Assembly: GCA_964035575.1 (NCBI GenBank)
Contig: OZ037837.1
Coordinates: 186,001 to 250,000, forward strand
Direction: 5' to 3'
Source: Rhynchopus sp. YZ270_cl-10
Taxonomy: Eukaryota
DNA: 64,000 nt
The notes beneath the pieces were generated by a model that saw nothing but the letters and a program-made list of their open reading frames with translations, did not search any database and was not told the DNA's origin. Each line of letters opens with the position of its first letter. Position 1 is the stretch's first letter. This document shows positions 11,420 through 22,629 of this stretch, one piece after another. Made by a program: the position numbers and the translations under genes.

Positions 11420-13016
11420 CCTCCTCGTTTGTTTATCTCCTCTTATGTTTGTCTCCTCATTTGTTTATCTCCTTGTTTATTTTTCTCCTCGTTTGTTTGT
11501 CACCTCGTATGTTTGTCTCCTCGTTTGTTTTGTCTCCTCGTTTGTTTTGTCTCCTTGTTTATTTGTCTCCTTGTTTATTTTTCTCCTCGTTTGTTTTGTC
11601 TCCTCGTATGTTTGTCTCCTCGTTTGTTTTGTCTCCTCGTTTGTTTTGTCTCCTTGTTTGTTTTGTCTCCTTGTTTATTTTTCTCCTCGTTTGTTTGTCA
11701 CCTCGTTTACTTGTCTCCTCGTTTGTTTTGTCTCCTCGTTTGTTTTGTCTCCTCGTTTGTTTTGTCTCCTTGTTTATTTTTCTCCTCGTTTGTTTGTCAC
11801 CTCGTATGTTTGTCTCCTCGTTTGTTTTGTCTCCTCGTTTGTTTTGTCTCCTCGTTTGTTTTGTCTCCTTGTTTATTTTTCTCCTCGTTTGTTTGTCACC
11901 TCGTATGTTTGTCTCCTCGTTTGTTTTGTCTCCTCGTTTGTTTTGTCTCCTTGTTTATTTGTCTCCTTGTTTATTTTTTCTCCTCGTTTGTTTTGTCTCC
12001 TCGTATGTTTGTCTCCTCGTTTGTTTTGTCTCCTCGTTTGTTTTGTCTCCTTGTTTATTTTTCTCCTCGTTTGTTTGTCACCTCGTATGTTTGTCTCCTC
12101 GTTTGTTTTGTCTCCTTGTTTATTTGTCTCCTTGTTTATTTTTTCTCCTCGTTTGTTTTGTCTCCTCGTATGTTTGTCTCCTCGTTTGTTTTGTCTCCTT
12201 GTTTATTTGTCTCCTTGTTTATTTTTCTCCTCGTTTGTTTTGTCTCCTCGTATGTTTGTCTCCTCGTTTGTTTTGTCTCCTCGTTTGTTTTGTCTCCTTG
12301 TTTGTTTTGTCTCCTTGTTTATTTTTCTCCTCGTTTGTTTGTCACCTCGTTTACTTGTCTCCTCGTTTGTTTTGTCTCCTCGTTTGTTTTGTCTCCTCGT
12401 TTGTTTTGTCTCCTTGTTTATTTTTCTCCTCGTTTGTTTGTCACCTCGTATGTTTGTCTCCTCGTTTGTTTTGTCTCCTCGTTTGTTTTGTCTCCTTGTT
12501 TATTTGTCTCCTTGTTTATTTTTTCTCCTCGTTTGTTTTGTCTCCTCGTATGTTTGTCTCCTCGTTTGTTTTGTCTCCTCGTTTGTTTTGTCTCCTTGTT
12601 TATTTTTCTCCTCGTTTGTTTGTCACCTCGTATGTTTGTCTCCTCGTTTGTTTTGTCTCCTTGTTTATTTGTCTCCTTGTTTATTTTTTCTCCTCGTTTG
12701 TTTTGTCTCCTCGTATGTTTGTCTCCTCGTTTGTTTTGTCTCCTCGTTTGTTTTGTCTCCTCGTTTGTTTTGTCTCCTCGTTTGTTTTGTCTCCTCGTTT
12801 GTTTTGTCTCCTCGTTTGTTTTGTCTCCTTGTTTATTTGTCTCCTTGTTTGTTTTGTCTCCTTGTTTATTTGTCTCCTCGTTTGTTTGTCACCTCGTTTA
12901 CTTGTCTCCTCGTTTGTTTTGTCTCCTCGTTTGTTTTGTCTCCTCGTTTGTTTTGTCTCCTCGTTTGTTTTGTCTCCTTGTTTATTTGTCTCCTCGTTTG
13001 TTTTTCTCCTCGTTTG
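11420..13016. repeat. ~1.6 kb minisatellite of 17-18 bp variant units (TGTCTCCTCGTTTGTTT)
   Basis: Period 17 at 12721/12738; variants with TATGT, TATTT, CACC recur in higher-order patterns. Confidence 0.97.
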
Positions 13017-13914
13017 TCGCCCTTAATATCCTTTGTTTTCTTCTTTGTCGCCATGATACGTCTTTGGATTGTCCTCTCGTCCCCTGTCAGTCAACGTCCG
13101 ACCCCTGTGTTCCCTCTTCCCAGCTTACCCGTGTTGCTCCAGTAGTCTCGGTCGCGGCCGCTCATCTCGACACCTCCCCTGTCTCGGTCGTCTCCCCTCA
13201 TTGACGCCCTCCTAGACTCCAGGACACCTCGTCACCTATCTGACCTTGCTAAACGTGTTGACGAAGCCGGCGATACACTGCCTATACTGTCCAGTCATCT
13301 CCATTCTGAAGGCATCCATCTCGTCGATGAGGCGGATGGCGTACACCTCACATGGCTTGTGTCCCCCGTGCACTGAAAGCATCTCCCCAATGATCTGGGC
13401 AGCAGAATTGCGGAGGCACGACTGCATTTCCTCCTATCACCTATCTATCAAAAATAAGTTTGGCGGATTTGAAGATAATTTTCTTGTAATGTGACGCCTT
13501 CTTTACGCCATATGTACGACTGTGTTCTTATTATTAGGTATTAGGCCTACCGTGGCCGTTCTTCCCATGAGAGCCGTATCCAAACGTCGTAGATATCTTG
13601 ACTGTCTGCCTTCCCCCTGACCATCGTTTTCAATGAAGCACAGATTTTTTTTTTTTTTTTTTTTCAAACCCCAAAAGTCCCGAAAACCCCGAAAAACCCG
13701 CGTCCTGAAGTACGGGGGAGAGGTGGAGCACAAAAGGGGGGAAGGGGAAACGGTAAGACTCATGGCAACCGAAGAACGCGTCTTTCATTTCCAGACGTAT
13801 TGCATACTCGTACAAAATAAAACTGGGGAAAGCTTTTTGAAAATAATTAGCGAACACAAAAACCAGCGCGTGTGGAAAATAATAAAACCTACATTCTTGA
13901 GCTCTTCTATACGA

Positions 13915-14250
13915 AATGATTTTCATTGGACGCATCCCCTTCTCCAATTCAATTCAACAAACTGTAGCTTTCTCCCTCAAATTTCGTAAACTCAACCTGC
14001 GCCGAAGCTGCTGAGGTCGGAAGACAAAGAGTGAGGGCGAAGCACCACACGTATGAGCCCAAATGCTGCGCTTGTAATGCTGTATGCAAGTCGTATCCTA
14101 ACTATTAAAGACAAAGTGTATAGGTTAATTGCCAACAGTACGTCCCTCGACGGTACTGTGCGCTAAACCGGCCCAAGGGTACTATGACGCATACATATAA
14201 GCATAACATGCGACGAGCGCTAGGCCCAACGTGCATAACCAGTAACAAAG
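13915..14250. repeat. Dispersed ~340 bp repeat; inverted copy at ~39825-40185
   Basis: Long near-identical reverse-complement match (e.g. GTACTATGACGCATACATATAAGCATAACATGCGACGAGCGCTAGGCCCAACGTGCAT). Confidence 0.85.
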
Positions 14251-14804
14251 AACAAAGAGAATAGTATGGAAGTGTCAACAGCAATAACGACAATAACGCC
14301 AATTTCTCTTTCCTTTTTTTTTTTTTTTTTTTCAAATGGAAAACGCTAATAACTTTTTGACCCCTCTCTGTAAGTGTTGGTTGAATTGGAGTCGGGGAGC
14401 ACAAGCAAAGGGCAATGACAGGAAAAGAATGAGTAAAAGAACAAGATAGAAGAGCCAGTATTTAAGTCTGAGTTTCACACACAATTCCAATCATTCGAGC
14501 CGAAGACATCCAAACATTTCGGTTTGTATTATTTCCTTACAACCGTACGCGAACCGCTTCATCTGTTGTATACAAAGAAAAAAAGGAGAGGAAGATATTT
14601 TTTCTGATTCAAAGTGATGTTTATGTTTTGGGTACGGGGCGGAGAATAAAATCGAAATAGATTGACGACAGTGCAGGCAGTTGCTTTAGACTAAGCTAAG
14701 CCTCTGATGTGCAGAGTCAAGCCTTTTGCGCTCACCTCTTTCTTTTGAAAAATCAGTGTAGACACCCTTCCAACAGCGAACACACGGTGGTCGCAAGAGT
14801 GCAA

Positions 14805-17800
14805 CTAAAAAACATTATCGCGTTGCCTGTTGTCCTGTGCCTCAAGCACCCGGTAACAACCCTTATGTTGCACAAGAACGTCTTCAAGTGCAGACGGCAG
14901 TGTTGTCCCTTCAGGAGGCTCGTACAGACACACAACCCCGTCACGCACAGCCTCCTCGCACAGCGCCCAACTCCGACGCACAACATCCCCCATCACAGTC
15001 ACAAAGCGCTGGCTCCGTGCACCAACATCCCCGTGCTGCACAAGGCCGCTTGCAAGACCAGCACCGTTCAGTGCAGACTTCACAGACATGCGCTGCACAA
15101 ACCGTATCGCGTTCTCCATGTGTGCAGGTGCAGAACGCGACACGTTCCACCCAACACACACACAGTTCCCAAGCAGCGTCACCAGACTCCCTCCACTCTG
15201 ATCCAGTGCCGTCGTCAGTGTCACGAGTCGTGAGCTCATCTGGTGAAAGGCTGTGTTTTGTCCCACGTCACCAACTGCAAGCTGTGCAACTCCCAGTGTG
15301 CCGGAGGTCTGACGTGTGGAGACTGACAGGTTGTTTGTGGATGAAACAGACGACGCACATGTGGACATTGTCATTGTATGATTGACAGTTGGTGAAGAAG
15401 ACGTGTACTCGCAAAGTGGTGTTTCCCTTCGTCCCCCAAGTGAGACAGGCCACACACAGCACACCAACGTGTTCCCAGACACACCCTTCAAGTGAACTGC
15501 CTCTGGCACACCAGCAACAACACTGCACGACCCAGAGACAGACGTCCACAGGTCAGAGGGAACAGCCACAGCACCAGGTGTGCATGTGCTCTCAAGGCGT
15601 GATGCAACGTTCACTGTGTGTCCGAAGTAGTCTGTCCGTCCCGTCAGTGTGTTCTGCTCCACAGTCACAGGGCCAGTGTTCACACCAATGCGCACAGTCA
15701 GACCACCCCACAGCGACCCCTGACGAGAACAGATGGGTGCATCCTCAAGCAGAGACGCAGGCCAGTCTGCTTCGAAAAGACATTCCTGCACACGCAACCC
15801 AAACGCCACACCGTCGAAAGTGGATGCAAAGGCAATCATGAATGCGTCGCCAATGGTCTTCACCTCGTACCCACCACACATCCGCATCACATCACGCATC
15901 ACAGCGTTGTGGATCTGCAGTCCAGCACGCATCCCCTCAGGTGCGTTCTCCCAGATCAACGTCGACGCACGGATGTCTGTGAACACAATCGTTGCTGTCT
16001 CGCTGTCAAGCCCAGGCGGTGCCACAGTCGGCTGCTCCACATCATCCTGCTCATAAGTGGATGAATGCCTCACAAACAACGACTGCGGCATGTACGCCTT
16101 GTACTGGGTCAGGTGGTCCACAATCTCAATGAAGGACGCCTGAATAGCGTTTGGCGTCTTCAGCTCAGTAAGGTACGCCACCTGGTCCAGCTGCATGGAA
16201 GCAATGGCCTTCGCGCACCGTGCAGCCACAATGTTGTCGGAAAACTGCAGTCTGTACGCTTCGTTGCTAACACGATATTTGTAGACCAGGAACAGGATAA
16301 CGAACACAGCAAGCACACCGCCCACCACGATCAGGATGATGTGCCATGTTTCAAGCGCATCCTCGACCGTCGTCAGCACAGTGGGTGGAGCGTACGGTGC
16401 CATCCCCAGCGTCTCCCGGTAGAGGTCGCGCACCTTCTCGAGACCATGCCGCTCGGCACGGATGAGCCATCGGTGTCTGATCTCCTTCAGCGCTTCGTCC
16501 ACAGTAAGGTTTCCCTCAAGTGCCTTTGAAAACACCATGCCCACGTCCAGTGAGAAAAACGGAGCCTCAGGAATAGTGGAGTCCGGCGCAATGTTCTTCT
16601 CACCGATGTTTGTGAACCGCACAGTCTCAATGAACTGGTCCGCAATGTCCTTGCCCCACTCTTTCTCCCAGCCAGGTGCGTACAGATGCGACGCACGGAA
16701 CGGTTCAAATGCCGCAGACTGCCTGTCGGTCACCCACACGGCAGAATTCTTCGGCTCAATCAGATGCGACATGAAGTCAAATGTGGCATCAAAGTGCTGT
16801 GAGTGTGTTCCGATCAGCAGCGTGTACCCTCCCCCCAGGGCTGCGTACGGCGCGTAGTTGAGCAGCTTCCCAGAACGTCCCTTCACGGCATACGGGCAGC
16901 TTGTGTCTGTGCACTCCGTCAGCTTATTGTCGATGTCGACGTGTGTTGTTCCTGGGAAGGGAAATATCCTTGTCCTGTTCGTGCCTACACCTGCGTATGT
17001 GTTCTCCAAATAGAAATCACGCAGGAGTGCTCCCTGCCAGTTCACTGAGAACGCGCACGTGCCGTTCCTCCACCTCATGCGGGGAATGTTCATGCCTGAT
17101 GTCGAGTCTGCGTGTCTGTTGCACTCGTTGCCTGTGGCACGTGTCCCTGCCTGCCACACCGCCAGCGCCATTTCGAACCCCTTCCTGAACCCCTCGTGGT
17201 CAATATTCGCCTGGATTGTGACAGGGTCAAACCAGATGCCCTGCTGCGAGCCCTTCGTCTGCATGTATGTTGCAATGAACTGCATCACGTACTCTCCGTT
17301 CACAAGTGTCGTCAGGATGTCATCTGTGGGTCCCCTGCACTCACACCACCCACGGTCGGGGATCCCATCACCGTTCAAGTCCTGCCCGTCGAAGCGCTTC
17401 ACCATCGCTAGCAGCTCCTCGACAGTCTCTGGCTCGCTTCCGATGGGGACCAGGTCCTTCCGCCCAAACATGCCAATGAGACCACCGTCAGACGGCATGC
17501 CATAGGTGCGCTTGCGGTACGCAGTGTTCTGGTCACGGAAGAACGGAAGCAGATCGTCCCACGCCAGTTTGTCGTCACCACGAATCCTGTCCGTCAGGTC
17601 GCGGATGTGCCCCGAACGTGCCAGCTGCGGAAGGTCCAGCGACAGAATCATGTACCCGTCCTCCCCGAAGCCTCGGTCCGAAGCTGCTGCAATCCTGTTG
17701 ATGAGCGAGGCGGAGTCGTCACGCACAAGCGTCACGTTGCACCCTGTTTCGTCGTAGAAGCGCTTCACGTATGGGCCAAATGGACGCATTGCCCACTCCG

Positions 17801-17906
17801 ACATCACAATGCTGATCTGCACACCTTCATACTTGCGTGCTGCCTGCACATGTGTTCCTAGTGACAGGAACACAGCTAGAACAGCCACAGATCTGGCTAA
17901 CATCAT
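14805..17906 (-). CDS. Receptor adenylate cyclase with solute-binding ectodomain (paralog of 3646..6729)
   Basis: 1033 aa ORF, same architecture and catalytic motifs; near-identical from AYRLQFSDNIV onward, divergent ectodomain. Confidence 0.92.
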   Translation of the reverse strand: MMLARSVAVLAVFLSLGTHVQAARKYEGVQISIVMSEWAMRPFGPYVKRFYDETGCNVTLVRDDSASLINRIAAASDRGFGEDGYMILSLDLPQLARSGHIRDLTDRIRGDDKLAWDDLLPFFRDQNTAYRKRTYGMPSDGGLIGMFGRKDLVPIGSEPETVEELLAMVKRFDGQDLNGDGIPDRGWCECRGPTDDILTTLVNGEYVMQFIATYMQTKGSQQGIWFDPVTIQANIDHEGFRKGFEMALAVWQAGTRATGNECNRHADSTSGMNIPRMRWRNGTCAFSVNWQGALLRDFYLENTYAGVGTNRTRIFPFPGTTHVDIDNKLTECTDTSCPYAVKGRSGKLLNYAPYAALGGGYTLLIGTHSQHFDATFDFMSHLIEPKNSAVWVTDRQSAAFEPFRASHLYAPGWEKEWGKDIADQFIETVRFTNIGEKNIAPDSTIPEAPFFSLDVGMVFSKALEGNLTVDEALKEIRHRWLIRAERHGLEKVRDLYRETLGMAPYAPPTVLTTVEDALETWHIILIVVGGVLAVFVILFLVYKYRVSNEAYRLQFSDNIVAARCAKAIASMQLDQVAYLTELKTPNAIQASFIEIVDHLTQYKAYMPQSLFVRHSSTYEQDDVEQPTVAPPGLDSETATIVFTDIRASTLIWENAPEGMRAGLQIHNAVMRDVMRMCGGYEVKTIGDAFMIAFASTFDGVAFGLRVQECLFEADWPASLLEDAPICSRQGSLWGGLTVRIGVNTGPVTVEQNTLTGRTDYFGHTVNVASRLESTCTPGAVAVPSDLWTSVSGSCSVVAGVPEAVHLKGVSGNTLVCCVWPVSLGGRRETPLCEYTSSSPTVNHTMTMSTCASSVSSTNNLSVSTRQTSGTLGVAQLAVGDVGQNTAFHQMSSRLVTLTTALDQSGGSLVTLLGNCVCVGWNVSRSAPAHMENAIRFVQRMSVKSALNGAGLASGLVQHGDVGARSQRFVTVMGDVVRRSWALCEEAVRDGVVCLYEPPEGTTLPSALEDVLVQHKGCYRVLEAQDNRQRDNVF

Positions 17907-19469
17907 GTTGTATTAGAAAGTTCCTGAAAGTGAGTGGCATGCAGAGGGGCAGGGGAATAGAGAGAAACCAGCACCGCGACACAAACCTCAACAGGAGAGA
18001 GGGCAAAGCGGACCGCAACACAAGGAAGTATGACCCTTGCTTCCCTCTGTGTCGAGGTCTTGACAGTGCAATGAAGTGACAGAGGGTGGTGGTGCACAGC
18101 ACTATCGAAGCAAGGGTGTCCTGGCAACCGCTAGTTTGGAAAACCCTGAAGAAGGAGTGGGGAGGTGTGTTCTATTAGTAAGCAGGGGGACAGGTGTTTG
18201 CTTCTTTTTGTTTTGTGTGTACTCGCTGTGGTGTAAATATAACTGTGTTGTCATAGTTTCCCTAAAACTTCGCACACAACGCTTTTGGTTTTTGGGAGAC
18301 ACACAAGGTGCCAGGTTATGATATGCACGGAACCACCCTGCACCTGTTTGTCATATTGTTTCCCGTGCAATACATGGAGAAACGTTTCGTGCTCGAAACC
18401 ACGGAAAGCTTTTTTGATAAAAAATGAGCGAAGCACAGAAACCAGCGCTCCTAAACTCAGAAATGAGGTGAGTGCACAAGAGAAGGGTCATAATGTACAC
18501 TCTGTCGATTCTAAAACAGACAGAGGCGGGGAAAAATCGCGAATAGAAAAATGGGGCAGATATTGAAAAGTTGGAACGCTTCCTCACCCCAGATCACGCA
18601 TCGGACGAAATAAAACCCTCGGAATAGAACCCCTGAAAAGGGGACACATGCGGAATTGAAACCGCACCACCACTGTTCCTTGTTGTTTCACCACCCCCGC
18701 AAAAAACAAAACAATAAAGACCAAAAGGAGAGGTTATGGCGAAACGCAAACACCTTGACTTGTCGGTGAAATGTTGGCTCCACGCCAACCTGCCCCAGAA
18801 TAGAAAAAACCAAAGTTCGTGTTCGGTACGGTACGGTGTTCAATTTCCTTTTTTTAGAATTGCAGGTAATCATAAGAAAAAATCACAACTATAGTTCCTA
18901 TTATGAACAAGCGGAATGAGTGATGAGAAGCGCAAATGTGCTGAAGACCAAGTAGCATTCAGAATCAGTCACTGGGCATTAGCAGAATGTGTGTCATGGA
19001 CATTCCTTCTGCACGTACCACATAAGTAGCCGTAGTGGGTTGCTTCCCTCTGTGGAAAAAGAAGTTACGAAAAATCCACACTGTACTTCACATAATCACG
19101 GCACGTCCTGTAAAGAACAGTGCTCGTGCTACGCCAATACGCAGGACACTTCTCAGACATGCGCCACTCCATGTCCTGCAAAGAAGACACTGTTAGATTG
19201 AAACTGCACCCCAACTTTTCCTTTCCTGTGTTTCCCCACCCACAAACAATAAAAAAAGGTAAAACAATAAATAAAAAAGGGAGCCCTTGTCGTGAAACAC
19301 ATACACACGACCTGTCGGTGAAGTCTAGCACTATACTCCGCGAACATCTCTTGCTTGTGGGTCGAGCCAATGAAAAATGAAAACCCCGTCAAAGGCCCAC
19401 TTCTCTATTTATGGGGCGTGTCCCGTTTGTTTCACATACATCCCAATCTCACGCAAGGTAGAAGCACAA

Positions 19470-21557
19470 CTAAAACACATTATCGCGTTCCATGTTGTCC
19501 CGTGCCTCAAGCACCCGGTAACAACCCTTGTGTTGCACAAGAACGTCTTCAAGTGCAGACGGCAGTGTTGTCCCTTCAGGAGGCTCGTACAGACACACAA
19601 CCCCGTCACGCACAGCCTCCTCGCACAGCGCCCAACTCCGACGCACAACATCCCCCATCACAGTCACAAAGCGCTGGCTCCGTGCACCAACATCCCCGTG
19701 CTGCACAAGGCCGCTTGCAAGACCAGCACCGTTCAGTGCAGACTTCACAGACATGCGCTGCACAAACCGTATCGCGTTCTCCATGTGTGCAGGTGCCGAA
19801 CGCGACACGTTCCACCCAACACACACACAGTTCCCAAGCAGCGTCACCAGACTCCCTCCACTCTGCTCCAGTGCCGTCGTCAGTGTCACGAGTCGTGAGC
19901 TCATCTGGTGAAAGGCTAGGTTTTTCCCCACGTCACCAACTGCAAGCTGTGCAACTCCCAGTGTTCCCGAGGTCTGACGTGTGGAGACTGAGATGTTGAT
20001 TGTGGATGAAACAGACGACGCACATGTGGATATTGTCATTGTCAGATTCGCAGTTGGTGAAGAAGACTCGCAAAGTGGTGTTTCCCTTCGTCCCCCAAGT
20101 GAGACAGGCCACACACAGCACACCAACGTGTTCCCAGACACACCCTTCAAGTGAACTGCCTCTGGCACACCAGCAACAGCACTGCACGACTCAGAGACAG
20201 ACGTCCACAGGTCAGAGGGAACAGCCACAGCACCAGGCGTGCATGTGCTCTCAAGGCGTGATGCAACGTTCACTGTGTGTCCAAGATAGTCTGTCCGTCC
20301 CGTCAGTGTGTTCTGCTCCACAGTCACAGGGCCTGTGTTCACACCAATGCGCACAGTCAGACCACCCCACAGCGACCCCTGACGAGAACAGATGGGTGCA
20401 TCCTCAAGCAGAGATGCAGGCCAGTCTGCTTCGAAAAGACGTTCCTGCACACGCAACCCAAACGCCACACCGTCGAAAGTGGATGCAAAGGCAATCATGA
20501 ATGCGTCGCCAATGGTCTTCACCTCGTACCCACCACACATCCGCATCACCTCACGCATCACAGCGTTGTGGATCTGCAGTCCAGCACGCATCCCCTCAGG
20601 TGTGTTCTCCCAGATCGACGTCGACGCACGGATGTCTGTGAACACAATCGTTGCTGTCTCGCTGTCAAGCCCAGGCGGTGCCACAGTCGGCTGCTGCACA
20701 CCGTCCTCATCCACCTCAAACAGCGCAGCAGGGAGGTACGGACGGTACTTCCGCAGGTTCTCCTCCAAGTTCCGCAGTGCCGCTGTCATCCCCTCAGGCA
20801 GGTCACCCTCATGCGCCTTCAGCAGCTCCGCCACCTGCTCCACGTCGTAGCCAGCCAGGAGTGCTGCAATTTCCTGCACAGCGTTGATCGTCCGCTCCAT
20901 TGATGCCTGCTCCTTCAGGAGACCACGTGCAAAGCCTCGTGTTGCGATGAAGTCGATGACAAACACACTCAAAGCCGTGATCTGCCGGTTCAGACCGTAG
21001 ATCTTGGTGGGGCAGGGGAAGTCTGTACACTGATTTGCTCTCTCCATGAGTGCTGCCCTCTCCTCCTGTGGAAGGATACCAGGGATGTCGAGGATGCCAA
21101 ACCTGAAGAATTCTTCCACACCCATGACAACGAAGTACACCACTGCGACACAGACGACACACATGCTGTAGCGTGTGGGCACCTCCATCACAAGGAGGAA
21201 GTCCACCACAAGCACGAGCAACGGCCATGCAGTGTTACCTACAGCACGGGCAGTGACGTCAGCACAAAAAATTCCAAGAACGTAGATGTAGGAAATAAAC
21301 ACTATTGCGGGTGTGGTCAGCTTGACTTTGCAGAGAACCAGCATGATGGCGTAGATCGCAGTGCAGATTGAGAACAGTCTTGTGGCGGAATATAAGTACC
21401 GTCCTCGTAGCTCAGACAAGACTTCGTAAAAGCCTATCATCATTGACGACAACGCTGCAATGTTCATGAAGAATAACAGCTTCCGCTTCCGTGTGTCCTT
21501 CTTGTCCAGTGTCCCATCCAGCGACAGCACAGCATCCAGACAGCGCATTGTGTTCAT
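19470..21557 (-). CDS. ~6TM receptor-type adenylate cyclase
   Basis: Part of 789 aa ORF; paralog homology begins at MNTMRCLD (ATG 21557 or 21548); the upstream in-frame extension has no paralog support. Confidence 0.9.
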   Translation of the reverse strand: MNTMRCLDAVLSLDGTLDKKDTRKRKLLFFMNIAALSSMMIGFYEVLSELRGRYLYSATRLFSICTAIYAIMLVLCKVKLTTPAIVFISYIYVLGIFCADVTARAVGNTAWPLLVLVVDFLLVMEVPTRYSMCVVCVAVVYFVVMGVEEFFRFGILDIPGILPQEERAALMERANQCTDFPCPTKIYGLNRQITALSVFVIDFIATRGFARGLLKEQASMERTINAVQEIAALLAGYDVEQVAELLKAHEGDLPEGMTAALRNLEENLRKYRPYLPAALFEVDEDGVQQPTVAPPGLDSETATIVFTDIRASTSIWENTPEGMRAGLQIHNAVMREVMRMCGGYEVKTIGDAFMIAFASTFDGVAFGLRVQERLFEADWPASLLEDAPICSRQGSLWGGLTVRIGVNTGPVTVEQNTLTGRTDYLGHTVNVASRLESTCTPGAVAVPSDLWTSVSESCSAVAGVPEAVHLKGVSGNTLVCCVWPVSLGGRRETPLCESSSPTANLTMTISTCASSVSSTINISVSTRQTSGTLGVAQLAVGDVGKNLAFHQMSSRLVTLTTALEQSGGSLVTLLGNCVCVGWNVSRSAPAHMENAIRFVQRMSVKSALNGAGLASGLVQHGDVGARSQRFVTVMGDVVRRSWALCEEAVRDGVVCLYEPPEGTTLPSALEDVLVQHKGCYRVLEARDNMERDNVF

Positions 21558-22629
21558 GTGTTCTGTGTAGCAACAATGGTACCCAAAGTTGAAGCCACCC
21601 CTCCCCCACCCAAACCTGTGTCTGTCTAACATGTGTGTTCTTTGTAACACTGAATACCGGGAAATATCCCAAAGAGGCTCGTTTGAAAGGAACAAGGTGC
21701 GCGAATGTACATCTATTCCTACATGCACTGCCCTTACAACGTTCAACGGGTTCGAGATCGAAGTGTACAATACTGTGATTCGGGGCGCATGTAGTCCGTC
21801 ATCAGAAATGGCGCAAAAAATAGACCAATTTCGACACAATGCTATAAAGGAAATTGGACACCGTACCCCTCCTCCCTTCCTTTTTCTACATTTCTAATCT
21901 GGGGTGTGTTGGAGCAGAGCCACACTTCACCGACAGGTCGAGATGTGTGCGTTTCACCACAACCTCTCCTTTTTGTCTTTATTGTTTTTATTGCTTTATT
22001 GTTTTCGGGGGTGGGGGGGGGAAACATAAAAAGGAAAAGTAGGGTGCGGTTTCAATTTATTTGATTGATGTGAAGTAGCCACGGAAGGTAGCACAAGACA
22101 CGACGTACGTGAAGGAAATCCTGGCCACCGAGTCGTCGAAGGAAAACCCTGCTGCTCACTGAGTTACCACTGAACAGAAAACGTTGTTTTGTGTGCGGAA
22201 AAAGCTTTTTTCTGTTGAGTGTTTTTATTTTTGTGTCGGAGAAGAAAACATTTCCGACAAAGCTCCTGACAGGATGTAGCGGCTTTCTCTTTCACAACAT
22301 TTTTATAGACAGTATTTGGCCGCAATATCACAAAAAACGCCTCACAATCCCACCCCAGTCAATTCACGAAACACGGAAGTGTTCCAAATGCACCTCTCGC
22401 ACCTCCCTCTCCCACCTCTCCCCATCTCCACCCAAAGTACCTTCAGTTCTTTGAACCACACCTTTTTTTTTCAAAAAAAACCTTTTTATGGAGCAAAAAA
22501 CGGTCCTAAAAGCTCCAAAAAAAAAATGGGGTCGTCGTAAAGAGGAAACTGCCTTTCCGAAACTACTGGCAAAAAAAGGGTCACTGTCACTCACTTTTTT
22601 TTAAATAGGCCGTTTCCTCTTAAGTTATT

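Larger units (their letters stand above)
8395..13818 (-). mobile_element. Degenerate tyrosine-recombinase retrotransposon (TATE/VIPER/Ngaro-like) with split direct repeats A1...B1-A2-B2
   Basis: A repeats 13645-13818 and 8534-8711; B repeats 8708-8769 and 8395-8456; internal fragments of gag end, YR, RT and RNase H in that order on minus strand. Confidence 0.82.

Noticed and set aside
11420..13016. CRISPR-like or DGR-like array
   Set aside because: Tandem units without unique spacers; no cas genes; the nearby RT remnants are DIRS-type and no adenine-specific TR/VR pair was seen
11119..13204. Three 628-682 aa plus-strand ORFs
   Set aside because: Translations of the A-poor minisatellite, which lacks stops in all three frames
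21558..21839. N-terminal extension of the 789 aa ORF
   Set aside because: Non-ATG start and no homology in paralogs; likely UTR
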